Shown here: in pieces, positions 9,121 through 19,171 of the stretch | Position numbering within the stretch: the first letter of the stretch is position 1 | Layout of the letters: the number at the start of each line of letters is the position of its first letter | From: an uncultured Muribaculaceae bacterium | GTDB lineage: Bacteria; Bacillota_I; Bacilli_A; RF39; UBA660 | Length of the DNA stretch: 59,130 nt | Assembly: GCA_964551965.1 (NCBI GenBank) | Contig: CAZKFB010000003.1 | Location: 1-59,130 of the forward strand | Direction: 5' to 3' | Notes under the pieces: model-generated | Database searches by the model: none | Told to the model about the DNA's origin: nothing | What the model saw: the letters and a program-made list of their open reading frames with translations, nothing else | Position numbers and translations under genes: made by a program

Positions 9121-10863
9121 ATGATAAAAGAATATTTTAAATTTATTAAAGAGTATTTAAGTTTAGCAGAAATCAAGAAATTATATTTAGTAATAAATAT
9201 GATTACTGCTTTTTTCTATAAATTATTTGAACTCTTATTACCTTTATTTGCATCACTTATTATTAAGTATTTAACAGTAAATGATGTAGAAATGACATAT
9301 TTTTATTTAATATTATTTGTTGTAGATTATTTACTTTACTATATATCCTTATATGCTAATTATAAAGTATATGGTTATAATATTAGTTATTGTTATGATA
9401 AATTGACTAGTAAGGTATTTAATAAGTTATTAAGTGTCGATGGTAATTTTTCTCGTATGTTTTCTAAGGGAAGAATAATGAATACGATTAATGGGGATAT
9501 TATCACGGTTGGTGATATGAATGATGAGATATGTGAATTCTTACTTGGTGCTTTTCAAGTAATTATGGTTCTAATAATAGTAGCGGTTAATAATGTCTTT
9601 GTTGCGCTTATTTTAGTTGTTTTTACATTCTTCTATATAGCATTCCGAAATAATGCTGATAGATTAATTGATATCTATTATAGTAAAAGTATAAGTGATG
9701 ATGATCGATATAGTACACTTTTAACTCAAATAGTATCAGGATTACAAGAGATTAAGACGTTTAATATGTTAGATAAATTAAAGATTAAACTTAATAATAT
9801 TCAAAAGAATTTTACTAAGCACTATGGAATAAAGAGACATTATTATACATTGAGAGATAATGATTCTAAGTTTATTACTTATGGATTTAGATTCTTACTA
9901 TATCTATTATTAGTTAGTTTACTTGCTTTAGGTTATATAGATATAGCATTCTTAGTACTTGTTATTTCTTATCATGAGAATTTAGTTGATTATGTATCTT
10001 ATTTCATTGATTCTACGACTGCTATTCGTGAGGGTAATATATCAGTTAGAAGAATAAATGATATATTAAATTATAAGTCGGAGAAAATAGTATTTGGTAA
10101 TTATGATACGAAAGATATATTTGGATCTATTGAATTTAAAGATGTTACATTAAAGATAAAAAAAGATACGATATTAGATAATGTAAGTTTTAAAATCAAC
10201 CATAATGAAGTCGTTGCTATTGTTGGGGAACCGGGGGCTGGTAAGAGTATGTTATTTAATGTCTTACTTAGACAATTTAAACCTACTTCCGGTCTTGTTA
10301 CTTTAGATAATATCGATATATTTGAATATGACAATGGAACTTATACATCTAGTATTGGAGTTATTAATCAGAAACCTTTTATATTTAATATGAGTATAAG
10401 AAAGAATTTAGATTTTGTTTGTAAAGATAAAAATAAACAAATAGAAGCTTGTAAGACTGCTGGTATTCATGATTTTATTAGCAGTTTACCTAAAGGATAT
10501 AATACTATTTTAAGAGAGAATGGAAGTAATATTTCTGGTGGGCAAAAGCAAATGATTAGTATTGCTAGAACACTTCTTACTGAGGCAGAAATATTATTAC
10601 TTGATGATATTACAACTTCATTAGATCCCGATACAGCAAAACTTGTACCTAATTTAATAAGTAAGATTAGAGATGATCATACAATTATTATGATAACAAA
10701 GAAACCTGAACTTATGAAGGAAGCGGATCGTATAATTGTTCTTGATAAGGGTAAAGTAGTTGATGTTGGAACCCATAAAGAATTAATTGAGAGAAATGAA
10801 ATCTATCAAAACTTACAATCACGTAAGTCACCAAGTAGAATTGGGGTGTTTGACAATGATTAA
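9121..10863 (+). CDS. ABC exporter, fused permease/ATPase, with degenerate catalytic residues
   Basis: TM N-half; Walker A GEPGAGKS, ISGGQ, Walker B LLLDD (no Glu), switch ITKK (no His). Confidence 0.9.
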   Translation: MIKEYFKFIKEYLSLAEIKKLYLVINMITAFFYKLFELLLPLFASLIIKYLTVNDVEMTYFYLILFVVDYLLYYISLYANYKVYGYNISYCYDKLTSKVFNKLLSVDGNFSRMFSKGRIMNTINGDIITVGDMNDEICEFLLGAFQVIMVLIIVAVNNVFVALILVVFTFFYIAFRNNADRLIDIYYSKSISDDDRYSTLLTQIVSGLQEIKTFNMLDKLKIKLNNIQKNFTKHYGIKRHYYTLRDNDSKFITYGFRFLLYLLLVSLLALGYIDIAFLVLVISYHENLVDYVSYFIDSTTAIREGNISVRRINDILNYKSEKIVFGNYDTKDIFGSIEFKDVTLKIKKDTILDNVSFKINHNEVVAIVGEPGAGKSMLFNVLLRQFKPTSGLVTLDNIDIFEYDNGTYTSSIGVINQKPFIFNMSIRKNLDFVCKDKNKQIEACKTAGIHDFISSLPKGYNTILRENGSNISGGQKQMISIARTLLTEAEILLLDDITTSLDPDTAKLVPNLISKIRDDHTIIMITKKPELMKEADRIIVLDKGKVVDVGTHKELIERNEIYQNLQSRKSPSRIGVFDND

Positions 10864-12565
10864 GAGATATTATAGTATTGTAAAACAATTCTTTTCATTG
10901 CGAGCTTGTAAACCATCATTATTATTTCATTTATTCTTTTCTGCTCTTTTGCGAAGTCTTTCACTTTTAACAATTCCTTTAGTTGCATCAAAGATAATTG
11001 ATGTAGCATCGACAGGAAATTATCAGCTAACAATAAAGATGGTTTTAGCTTATATTCTATGTGCAATCATGTATGTTATGTTACATCATTATAATTTTGA
11101 AGCTTATGCTCAAAATTCTATTTATACGCATAATAAACTACAAGAATTAATGCTAGATAAAGTAACTACTTTTGATGAAAATTTTACTAAAGAAATATCT
11201 GTACCTTTCATTGTTAATACATCATACAATGATGTTGGATCAGCTATGCAAGTACCGGATAATCTCTTTGATGCAATTACATCTCTCATTAATATTATAA
11301 TAGCTATTATTATATTATTTAGAGTAGATATTATTGTTGGTTTCTTTACTTTCATTGTATTTATAATTTCAATGATATGTCTTGATTACAATATGCAAAG
11401 AAGGAATGATGAACTTGCTAAACAAAGAATAAGTCAAGATGAAGTTTCTGGTATAATGGGACAAGTAATTGATGGAACTAAAGAGATAAAAGCTTTCAAT
11501 ATGGAAAGCGATATTGAATCTTTATTAGAAGAAAATAAGAATAAATGGAGAGAACATTACTTTAAGAAACGAGTATATCAAGATCGAGTTCAATTTAGTA
11601 TTCCCGAATTATTTGGTTTTGGTAAAAGTGTTGTCTATTTAGTATTAATAATTCTTATTTTTAATCAAAAATATAATGTAGCAACTCTAGTTTTAGTAAT
11701 AGGCTATTATGGTAATATTCAAACCCAATTAATAAAACTATTTAAAACCTTAGAAGCGATAAGTGGAAAAGCAATACGAGTTGAAAGAATTCATAAAATA
11801 TTGAATTATAAAAATAAGAATATGATTGAATATGGGGATAATAATACGGATGATATAAAGGGACATATTCAATTTAAAGATGTATATTTTAATTATGAAA
11901 AACAGGCTTCTTTAACTAATATTAACTTTACTATTGAACCGAATACCTTTACAGCTATAGTTGGTAAAAGTGGTTCTGGTAAATCAACGATATTTAGATT
12001 ATTACTTCGTCTTTATCGTGTAAATAAAGGTTGTATTCTATTGGATAATATAAATATCTATGATTATAGTAAAGAAGTATATGCATCTAATGTTTCAATT
12101 GTTACTCAAAAACCTTTTATCTTCGATATGAGTATAAGAGAAAACTTCAATTTAGTAGATTCTAATCATGAACATCAAATTGAAGCATGTAAAATATGTG
12201 GAATTCATGATTTCATTATGAGCTTAAAAGACGGATATAATACGAAGATGGTAAAAGACGCTGAAAACATTTCGACAGGACAAAAGCAATTAATAGCTCT
12301 TGCAAGAACTCTTTTATCTAAATCAGAAGTATTATTATTTGATGAAGTAACATCTTCTTTAGATGTAGAAACAAGTGAACAAGTAGTGAAGATATTCCAA
12401 AATCTTCGTAAGAACCATACGGTATTAATGATAACTCATAAACCAGAACTAATGGCGATTGCTGATGATATCATTGTCATCGATAAGGGAAAAATGGTTG
12501 GAAGAGGTAAACATTCTGATTTAATTAAGAGTTGTCCTGAATATCAAATATTACATAAAAAATAA
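10856..12565 (+). CDS. ABC exporter, fused permease/ATPase (partner subunit)
   Basis: ATG 10856 after GGGGTG overlaps upstream stop; GKSGSGKS, degenerate signature ISTGQ, LLFDE, ITH. Confidence 0.9.
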   Translation: MIKRYYSIVKQFFSLRACKPSLLFHLFFSALLRSLSLLTIPLVASKIIDVASTGNYQLTIKMVLAYILCAIMYVMLHHYNFEAYAQNSIYTHNKLQELMLDKVTTFDENFTKEISVPFIVNTSYNDVGSAMQVPDNLFDAITSLINIIIAIIILFRVDIIVGFFTFIVFIISMICLDYNMQRRNDELAKQRISQDEVSGIMGQVIDGTKEIKAFNMESDIESLLEENKNKWREHYFKKRVYQDRVQFSIPELFGFGKSVVYLVLIILIFNQKYNVATLVLVIGYYGNIQTQLIKLFKTLEAISGKAIRVERIHKILNYKNKNMIEYGDNNTDDIKGHIQFKDVYFNYEKQASLTNINFTIEPNTFTAIVGKSGSGKSTIFRLLLRLYRVNKGCILLDNINIYDYSKEVYASNVSIVTQKPFIFDMSIRENFNLVDSNHEHQIEACKICGIHDFIMSLKDGYNTKMVKDAENISTGQKQLIALARTLLSKSEVLLFDEVTSSLDVETSEQVVKIFQNLRKNHTVLMITHKPELMAIADDIIVIDKGKMVGRGKHSDLIKSCPEYQILHKK

Positions 12566-12663
12566 GATATCTTTATTGATATCTTTTCTTTTTGCAGGCA
12601 AAAATTTGCAAAATTTATTAATTTGCAGTATAATAGGGCACATTAAAAAAAGGGGTTGTTATT

Positions 12664-13587
12664 ATGAAATATAATTGGGCGAAGGTCCCTAGTGTACCTG
12701 CAGTTTTTAGAATATTAAAGAAAGAAATTAGATTTGAAGATCAAAGATTATCAAAAACTTTTTTCGATGCTTTAGAAGATTTCTTCTATTATGGAACTCT
12801 TTTGGGATATATTAAAAATACTAATTTTAAAAGAGTATTATCTCAAGTATTAAAGATTAAGAAAGTTGGATATCTTCTTGATGTATTTAATGGCAAGAAA
12901 TCAATGAATGTTAATGATAAAACAAGAATTGTATTATCTAAAGATTTAACTGATTCAGAACTTAAATACTTTATGTTAAAAGAAATAATTACTAATGTTT
13001 CTTCAATTTCTTTAATGACTACTAGAAATATTGTGAAAGATCATTTATTAAGTAAAGGTATTTATGGAGAAGAAACCAGTTATGAAGATAGATATCTAGA
13101 AAAAGGATTCAGACTTATCGAAGATGGTATTATTTATGATATGACCGAAAGCATTAATTATGCTAGTAGAAAAGAACATCGACCAATGAAAACTAAAAAG
13201 TTTGAAAAACATGTATTTGGTAGATCAACTAAGTTCTTATCTAATTTTACTTATCATCCAGTTTTCCAAGAATTAACAACTATGGTTGGTAGGAGAATTA
13301 TACCTAATAGTAATACTTTAACTGATGAACAAGTATTAAAACAATTGGGAAGCGATACTTTAAGTGAAAGATTTACTGATAAATTATTTATTAAATTAAG
13401 TAGTCTATATGGTGACGATGTTTATGATATTATTGGCAAATTAGGAATTATCTATAAAAGAGAAACTGATGAATATGGAGAAAACTTTATTAAAGATAAT
13501 TATTTAAGAGTAGTTCATGCTAAGAAGGCATATAAAGATCTTTATACTTATGAATCAGAAAAAAGACCAATGAGTAAGGCATGTTAG
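12664..13587 (+). CDS. Hypothetical protein (307 aa), possibly degenerate zincin-like
   Basis: AAGGGG RBS; LKEIIT followed later by IEDG resembles HExxH...E spacing without the histidines (weak). Confidence 0.7.
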   Translation: MKYNWAKVPSVPAVFRILKKEIRFEDQRLSKTFFDALEDFFYYGTLLGYIKNTNFKRVLSQVLKIKKVGYLLDVFNGKKSMNVNDKTRIVLSKDLTDSELKYFMLKEIITNVSSISLMTTRNIVKDHLLSKGIYGEETSYEDRYLEKGFRLIEDGIIYDMTESINYASRKEHRPMKTKKFEKHVFGRSTKFLSNFTYHPVFQELTTMVGRRIIPNSNTLTDEQVLKQLGSDTLSERFTDKLFIKLSSLYGDDVYDIIGKLGIIYKRETDEYGENFIKDNYLRVVHAKKAYKDLYTYESEKRPMSKAC

Positions 13588-14669
13588 CTATGACAGACGA
13601 AAGATTAAGAAAAATACTAGGGAATTTGCCAACGGAAAAATATTATCCAATAAAACGTTTTTTAGGTATGAATGCCGTAGCTGCATTTTCTCTTTCTATT
13701 ATTAATTCCATTCCTATAATTGATTATTCTCTTATGCTACTATATGTAATGAACTGTATGGGATTTACTTATATGAAACAATCTCGAGGAATTGATTTTA
13801 CGAAAAGTTATATTGATTTAGAAGAAGACTATAATTTATTCTTAAGTAATTATAGTAATCTTATGAATACTTTAGATATGAAATCTCTTGCTAGTCTATG
13901 TGAATCATTTTACTATTTATATGATAAAGGTTATTTATCAATAGATGGAACTTTTAATAATGAAAAGGAATCTTTTTTTGAAGGAAGAAGATTTCAATTA
14001 GCCAATATCTTTAATGGATGTGGACTATGTAGACATAAAGCAAATTCTTTAAAGGATATATTAAATTATTGTGGATATCCAACAGCATCTATTCCGATTT
14101 ATACAAGAAGATATGAAAACTATACTCAAGAAGATAAGGAAAGTATTAGAGAGTACTTAGATAAGGCATTTGAAGATATTGAGAAAGATGAGGCTTTAAG
14201 AACTTTTGTCGTCGATGCATTCTTAAATGTTGAAGTATTAACTCACCAATTTGTTGTCAATCAACAAAGAAATGATGAAAAGTCTAAGAGAAAAGAGAAA
14301 ATAGCAAGAAAGTATGGAAATCATTTAATAATATTAACTAGTGATGGAAGTAAAAGAATTACTTATGATCCAACAGATAATTTATTCTATCAATTTAAAG
14401 ATAAAGATAGTTTAGATATTATTAATGAATATGGTATTAGATCAGAAAGTAAGTTTAGATTGATTAATCATGCTAATACTCCATCAGAAGAAAAGATATT
14501 TTGGAATAATTTAAAGTTAGAACCTAAGAATCTAGAAGGCCTTAGAGATGCGCAAATGGAAGCTGAAAAAAGATTAGATGATAATTTAGATATAATTGAA
14601 AGATTCCAAAAAGATAATATACCTCTAATGAGAACTTTAAGAGATAAAGCATATAAGTTAATTGTGTAG
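13581..14669 (+). CDS. Transglutaminase-like (Cys-His-Asp) family protein with N-terminal hydrophobic segment
   Basis: GLCRHKA, NHLIIL and YDPT motifs in triad order. Confidence 0.65.
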   Translation: MLAMTDERLRKILGNLPTEKYYPIKRFLGMNAVAAFSLSIINSIPIIDYSLMLLYVMNCMGFTYMKQSRGIDFTKSYIDLEEDYNLFLSNYSNLMNTLDMKSLASLCESFYYLYDKGYLSIDGTFNNEKESFFEGRRFQLANIFNGCGLCRHKANSLKDILNYCGYPTASIPIYTRRYENYTQEDKESIREYLDKAFEDIEKDEALRTFVVDAFLNVEVLTHQFVVNQQRNDEKSKRKEKIARKYGNHLIILTSDGSKRITYDPTDNLFYQFKDKDSLDIINEYGIRSESKFRLINHANTPSEEKIFWNNLKLEPKNLEGLRDAQMEAEKRLDDNLDIIERFQKDNIPLMRTLRDKAYKLIV

Positions 14670-14677
14670 GTGATATT

Positions 14678-15148
14678 ATGAAAAAGATAGAAGCTCAAAT
14701 GATAGCTCCTGAGAAATCTAAATTATTACTTGAATATATTGGACAGTTTATGTCATATGATGAAGTTACTGGTAAAATATTAATTGATTATGATAAAGAT
14801 CCAGAAACAAGACAAAATATGTGTTATATGGAAATAATGTTAGATGATGGATTTGAAAGACATTTTAAAACGGATATTACTTTAGATCAAAGCGATGTCT
14901 TAAGTGAACAAATACTTACAGATATTGCTTGTATGTATGCAAATGATGATGAGGTTAGTATAAGTGGCTACTATTCAATTAATTCTATGCATAGTTCAAT
15001 GCATGGTATTGAAATAAAGAATAATAAGGGAAGTCGTATTCTAGTAGACTTTTTATGTCGAGGGATGAACTTTGATAAAGTAGTTGAAAGCTATTCTAAT
15101 AAGATAATAGAAGAACAAAGTAGAAATAAGGGGATTAGTAATATTTAA
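14678..15148 (+). CDS. Hypothetical protein (156 aa)
   Basis: AGGTGA RBS; no motif. Confidence 0.75.
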   Translation: MKKIEAQMIAPEKSKLLLEYIGQFMSYDEVTGKILIDYDKDPETRQNMCYMEIMLDDGFERHFKTDITLDQSDVLSEQILTDIACMYANDDEVSISGYYSINSMHSSMHGIEIKNNKGSRILVDFLCRGMNFDKVVESYSNKIIEEQSRNKGISNI

Positions 15149-15210
15149 TAAATATCTATTCCCTTTTTTATTTTGTTTTTGTATAATGAACTTAGAAAAG
15201 AGTGATTATT

Positions 15211-16104
15211 ATGGAATACTATATTGATTTAGGTTCTTCAACAATTAAAGTATATAGTTACTTAGATAGTTTAAATCTATTAGAAGAACATTCGATTTAT
15301 TTTAAAAATAATTTTGATTCAGAAAATGGAATAAGTGCTGTTAATCGTCAAGAATTAATAGATTATTTTGAACATTTAAAATCTAAATATGATATGCACT
15401 ATGAAAATACCCATATCTTTGTTACAGGTATATTTAGAAACTTAAGTTATGCGAGAAAATGTGAGTTAGTTAGATTATTTAATGATACTTTTGATTTACA
15501 TTTTAATATTATTAGTCATGGAATTGAAGCTTATTATTTAGGTAAAGCTATGGAAAATAATTATGATGGCAAAAAAGTGTTAATTATTAATATGGGTGGA
15601 AAAACAACAGAACTTGTAACTTTTGCTAAAGAAGAAATTGTAAAAGTAGATAAGTTGGAAATTGGTGTTGCTGATATATTAAATAATTTTTTAAATATTA
15701 ATGATAAATCTAGTAAAGATAAAGTAGAAACTATTGTTGATTTTGTTAATGAAAGAATTAAAGATGTTAAGTTTGATCAAGACTATGATGCTGCAATATT
15801 TACGGGTGGAGAAGAAAGATTTGAATTATTAACTAAATTTAACTTAGTAGAAAATACTTTATTCAATGATGGAATTCATAAATATATGGTTTCTTTAGAT
15901 GATTATGTCAAAGGAACTGAGAAAGTCTTCTATGATATAAGTTTAGAAGAGTTGTATAAATTGATGCCAGGAAATCCTAAATGGATGGATGGAGCAAGAG
16001 CTGGAGCTATTATTCCATTAAGTATATTCTATAAAGCAAATATTAAATGGGTTATACCTTCTGATTTAAACTTAATTAATGGTGTTATTAATGATAATAA
16101 GTAA
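15211..16104 (+). CDS. Ppx/GppA-like phosphatase (ASKHA fold)
   Basis: YIDLGSSTIK, ISHGIEA and INMGGKTTE motifs; track start GTG 15202. Confidence 0.7.
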   Translation: MEYYIDLGSSTIKVYSYLDSLNLLEEHSIYFKNNFDSENGISAVNRQELIDYFEHLKSKYDMHYENTHIFVTGIFRNLSYARKCELVRLFNDTFDLHFNIISHGIEAYYLGKAMENNYDGKKVLIINMGGKTTELVTFAKEEIVKVDKLEIGVADILNNFLNINDKSSKDKVETIVDFVNERIKDVKFDQDYDAAIFTGGEERFELLTKFNLVENTLFNDGIHKYMVSLDDYVKGTEKVFYDISLEELYKLMPGNPKWMDGARAGAIIPLSIFYKANIKWVIPSDLNLINGVINDNK

Positions 16105-16174
16105 CTCAAGTAAAACTTGAGTTTTTATTATTTATTTGCTATGATATTGAATGTTTTAAAAAGAAGGGGAAAAT

Positions 16175-16873
16175 ATGTTAGAATTTATAAAGAATTGTTT
16201 TAAAAACATAAGTGTTAAATGTAATTATCAAGAGTTGGCGGGAGTTAAAAAAGTTATAGCTTTTGCTTTTTGCGCTATTCTTATTGCTCTTGTCTTAGGT
16301 ATTGCTGCTGCTATGATAGTTGCAATGCTTGCATTAGCTATTTGTATTATACCTATAGGTTTAGTAATTAATGGTGTTCAATTATTAGTTCCATTAATTA
16401 AACAATCATTGAAAGTTGCTAAAATGAAAAAGAAATTAAAAAAACAAAAGCGTAGACAATCACAAGAACTTGTTGAACTTTATACTAACAATATGGAGAG
16501 TATTAATAATACTATAGGAGCATTAGAAAATAGTTCTACTATTGTTGAAGATGAATTAGGTAGAGAAGTAGAAACACAAGAATTAGTTGATATTAGTCTA
16601 GAAGACCTTGTATGTTATATTCAATATATAGCTACAATTAATCCTGGCGATGCAGAAATGTTAATGGGGCTTCATTCTCGTCTAGATATGCTAAAATCAA
16701 TTATGGATAGAACTATAAGTCATGAAGAACGTGAAAAACTTGAAAGTGAATACTATAGTATAATGTTCAGTGTTCAAGAAAAACTTATTGAATATGTTGA
16801 TGGCATAAATAGTATAAATGATACTTTTGTTAAAGGAACAAAAAAAAGAAGATTATTTAATAGGGGATTATAA
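16175..16873 (+). CDS. Hypothetical membrane protein (232 aa)
   Basis: Long hydrophobic stretch near N-terminus, charged helical C-domain. Confidence 0.75.
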   Translation: MLEFIKNCFKNISVKCNYQELAGVKKVIAFAFCAILIALVLGIAAAMIVAMLALAICIIPIGLVINGVQLLVPLIKQSLKVAKMKKKLKKQKRRQSQELVELYTNNMESINNTIGALENSSTIVEDELGREVETQELVDISLEDLVCYIQYIATINPGDAEMLMGLHSRLDMLKSIMDRTISHEEREKLESEYYSIMFSVQEKLIEYVDGINSINDTFVKGTKKRRLFNRGL

Positions 16874-17584
16874 TCTTCTTTTTATTTCTAATAATTTATT
16901 TACTTCATAAGTTGGTATTAAATTTCCTGCTTCTTTATTTTGTGGGTTATACCAAATAGTATCAAAACCATTATTAATTCCGCTAGCAATATCTGTAGTG
17001 AGGGAATCTCCGATAAATATAACATTACTTTTGGGTTCTTTTAAATCGTTAAATAGAGCATCCCAGAAATTGTGATCAGGTTTAGAAAAACCTAAAACTT
17101 CTGAACAATATATACTTGTAAAATATTTTTTAAAATCAACTTTGTTTAATTTATTTGTTGCGGCATTATATGGGCCATTAGTTGCAATAGCTAGACGGTA
17201 TTTATCGTATAGATATTCAAGAATCTCTCTAGCGCCTTCAATACTTTCAATATCAACACCTAAATTGCTACAATAAAGATTATTAATAGTTATAGCATGA
17301 TCAAAATCTTGAAGATGGAAGAATTCAAAAAATCTATTTGATCTTAAATAAGTTCTTAATTCTTCAACGTTCTCTTGAATATAAAGATGCTCAGGGACTA
17401 TCATTGTTCTATGTTCCCATCGGTACCAATATTCATAATCAAACTGTAAAAAAGCATAAAATAATTCATCTTGATAGGGAATACCTAAATACTCAGAAAT
17501 AACTTTAAATGCATAATTAGAAGCTTTAGTATTATCTATTAAAGTATCATCTAAATCAAGTATTATCGTGCTATATTTTTTCAT
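16868..17584 (-). CDS. YjjG-like HAD-superfamily nucleotidase
   Basis: ILDLDDTL, ATNG, KPD, IGDSLTTDIASG, TIWYNP. Confidence 0.9.
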   Translation of the reverse strand: MKKYSTIILDLDDTLIDNTKASNYAFKVISEYLGIPYQDELFYAFLQFDYEYWYRWEHRTMIVPEHLYIQENVEELRTYLRSNRFFEFFHLQDFDHAITINNLYCSNLGVDIESIEGAREILEYLYDKYRLAIATNGPYNAATNKLNKVDFKKYFTSIYCSEVLGFSKPDHNFWDALFNDLKEPKSNVIFIGDSLTTDIASGINNGFDTIWYNPQNKEAGNLIPTYEVNKLLEIKRRL

Positions 17585-17684
17585 GATATCCCTCCTTGAT
17601 TTGTTATTATATCATATTTACACTGATATGCTAGAAAATAAATACAAAACTAAATTATTTGATATAATTATAGTAGGTGATTGT

Positions 17685-18779
17685 ATGATACAAGAGTTTT
17701 TACAAGGATTAAAAAGTAAGTACCAATATGATGATAATATATTAAAAGCAATTGAGATAACAATTAATTTAATGATTAAAAAGTATGGGAATGAAGCATT
17801 GAATGATATCTTAGAATTATTTAATAGTATTCCGATTTTTCCTTTTGTTGGATTAAATCAGAGTATTGTTAATGAAAAAATGAAAGAGTGTTTTGAAGGA
17901 AATAATCCTCATATTATTGAAGATGAAGAAGAGAATATATATGGTACTAATGCCGTAGGATCTGTATATTGTTATAATCCAATATTTAATGAAGATATGG
18001 AAGTAGTAGGAGAATCCAATTTTATAATTGTTGATGATAAAAAGGGTACAACTCAAGAAGCGGATTATTTTAATACTTTTGGTACAACAATAAATATTCC
18101 TTATTTCTTACATGAAGTTAATCATGCTTATGGTATGCAAAAGAAGAAATATGTTAATATAGATAATCAAATATTATGTAAACATGGATTATTTACTTCT
18201 GTTATTGATTATAAAAAGGAAGGAGATAAATATCATATAAGTACAACTAGTGGAAAAGATATTGTATTTGAAGAGATCATTAATCAAATGATAACCCAAG
18301 ATATGTTATGTGATTTCTTTAATGTTAATTCGTATAATGAAGTTAAACCAATACTTGATAGTATTAAATATGTTCCGATGGAATATGATTCTCTTCTAGT
18401 ATTTATTGGTAGAGAACTTAGTTTTGCAATGGGCGAGCAAGCAATTATGGATTTTAGAAGAGAAAATGATGAATCAGTCATTGAAGAATTTAATAATATG
18501 GCTGGACAAAGTGATATAGCAATTGAATATTTAGATGGAATAAAACCTCTTGAATATTTTGTTAACAAAACATATGATTTATTTCAACTTATTATTAACA
18601 AGTATAAATATGGCATTGAAAAATATGGTGAATTATCAGCAGAACTTATGTTAGATTCTTTAGCCCCCGTATATGCTTATGCAGATAAAAAGAATAATAC
18701 AGTTACTTTAGAAAAATATAAACAACAAAGAGAAAAAGTAATGAGTCCTTATAATAATCCGGATAAAAAATTAGACTAG
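17685..18779 (+). CDS. Putative zincin metallopeptidase-like protein (~364 aa)
   Basis: LHEVNH (HExxH) plus downstream FEEIIN; ATG 17685 has AGGTG RBS and TGATATAAT at 17660; track start 17568 overlaps the opposite gene. Confidence 0.6.
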   Translation: MIQEFLQGLKSKYQYDDNILKAIEITINLMIKKYGNEALNDILELFNSIPIFPFVGLNQSIVNEKMKECFEGNNPHIIEDEEENIYGTNAVGSVYCYNPIFNEDMEVVGESNFIIVDDKKGTTQEADYFNTFGTTINIPYFLHEVNHAYGMQKKKYVNIDNQILCKHGLFTSVIDYKKEGDKYHISTTSGKDIVFEEIINQMITQDMLCDFFNVNSYNEVKPILDSIKYVPMEYDSLLVFIGRELSFAMGEQAIMDFRRENDESVIEEFNNMAGQSDIAIEYLDGIKPLEYFVNKTYDLFQLIINKYKYGIEKYGELSAELMLDSLAPVYAYADKKNNTVTLEKYKQQREKVMSPYNNPDKKLD

Positions 18780-18793
18780 TTCCTCATGAGAAT

Positions 18794-18822
18794 TTGACAT
18801 TTTTAAATATTTCATATATAAT
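18794..18822 (+). promoter_or_regulatory. Consensus sigmaA promoter
   Basis: TTGACA 18794-18799, 17-nt spacer, TATAAT 18817-18822. Confidence 0.85.
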
Positions 18823-18894
18823 GGCTTTCAAGTGAGGAGATATAAGTTAATCGAGCTATCTCGGGTGAAGAGCCTACACAATTATTATAATTGG

Positions 18895-18928
18895 AGTCAC
18901 GAACTATCTTGTTCGTGGCTTTTTGTTT
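18895..18928 (+). terminator. Intrinsic terminator / attenuator hairpin 1
   Basis: agtcacgaac-tatctt-gttcgtggct (10 bp incl. one GU) followed by ttttgttt. Confidence 0.75.
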
Positions 18929-18957
18929 GGAGTTACGAGCATAAAGGAGGATGTAAT

Positions 18958-19038
18958 ATGAAAAATTATGTCATGTATTTTTATAATTGTTTCTATGCTG
19001 TCAGTGACTCAATAACCATTATGAGTGAGTTATTTTAA
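18958..19038 (+). CDS. 26-aa small ORF MKNYVMYFYNCFYAVSDSITIMSELF (leader peptide or small protein)
   Basis: AAAGGAGG at 18943-18950, 7 nt before ATG; equals the C-terminal part of track ORF 18832..19038. Confidence 0.6.
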   Translation: MKNYVMYFYNCFYAVSDSITIMSELF

Positions 19039-19073
19039 CCAAATAATGACATACTTGGATTTTAATCATTGAT

Positions 19074-19108
19074 AACATAGACTTAATTATTTGTCTATGT
19101 TTTTGTTT
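19074..19108 (+). terminator. Intrinsic terminator / attenuator hairpin 2
   Basis: aacatagac / gtctatgtt stem followed by tttgttt. Confidence 0.7.
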
Positions 19109-19171
19109 ACACATTAATCTTTTTCTACTAATTAGTATGTTATAATTTTAAATAGTAGGAGTGTGATGTTT

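Noticed and set aside
18832-18957. 68-aa track ORF starting at GTG 18832
   Set aside because: No RBS, starts at the predicted TSS and crosses a terminator; the ATG at 18958 has a perfect RBS.
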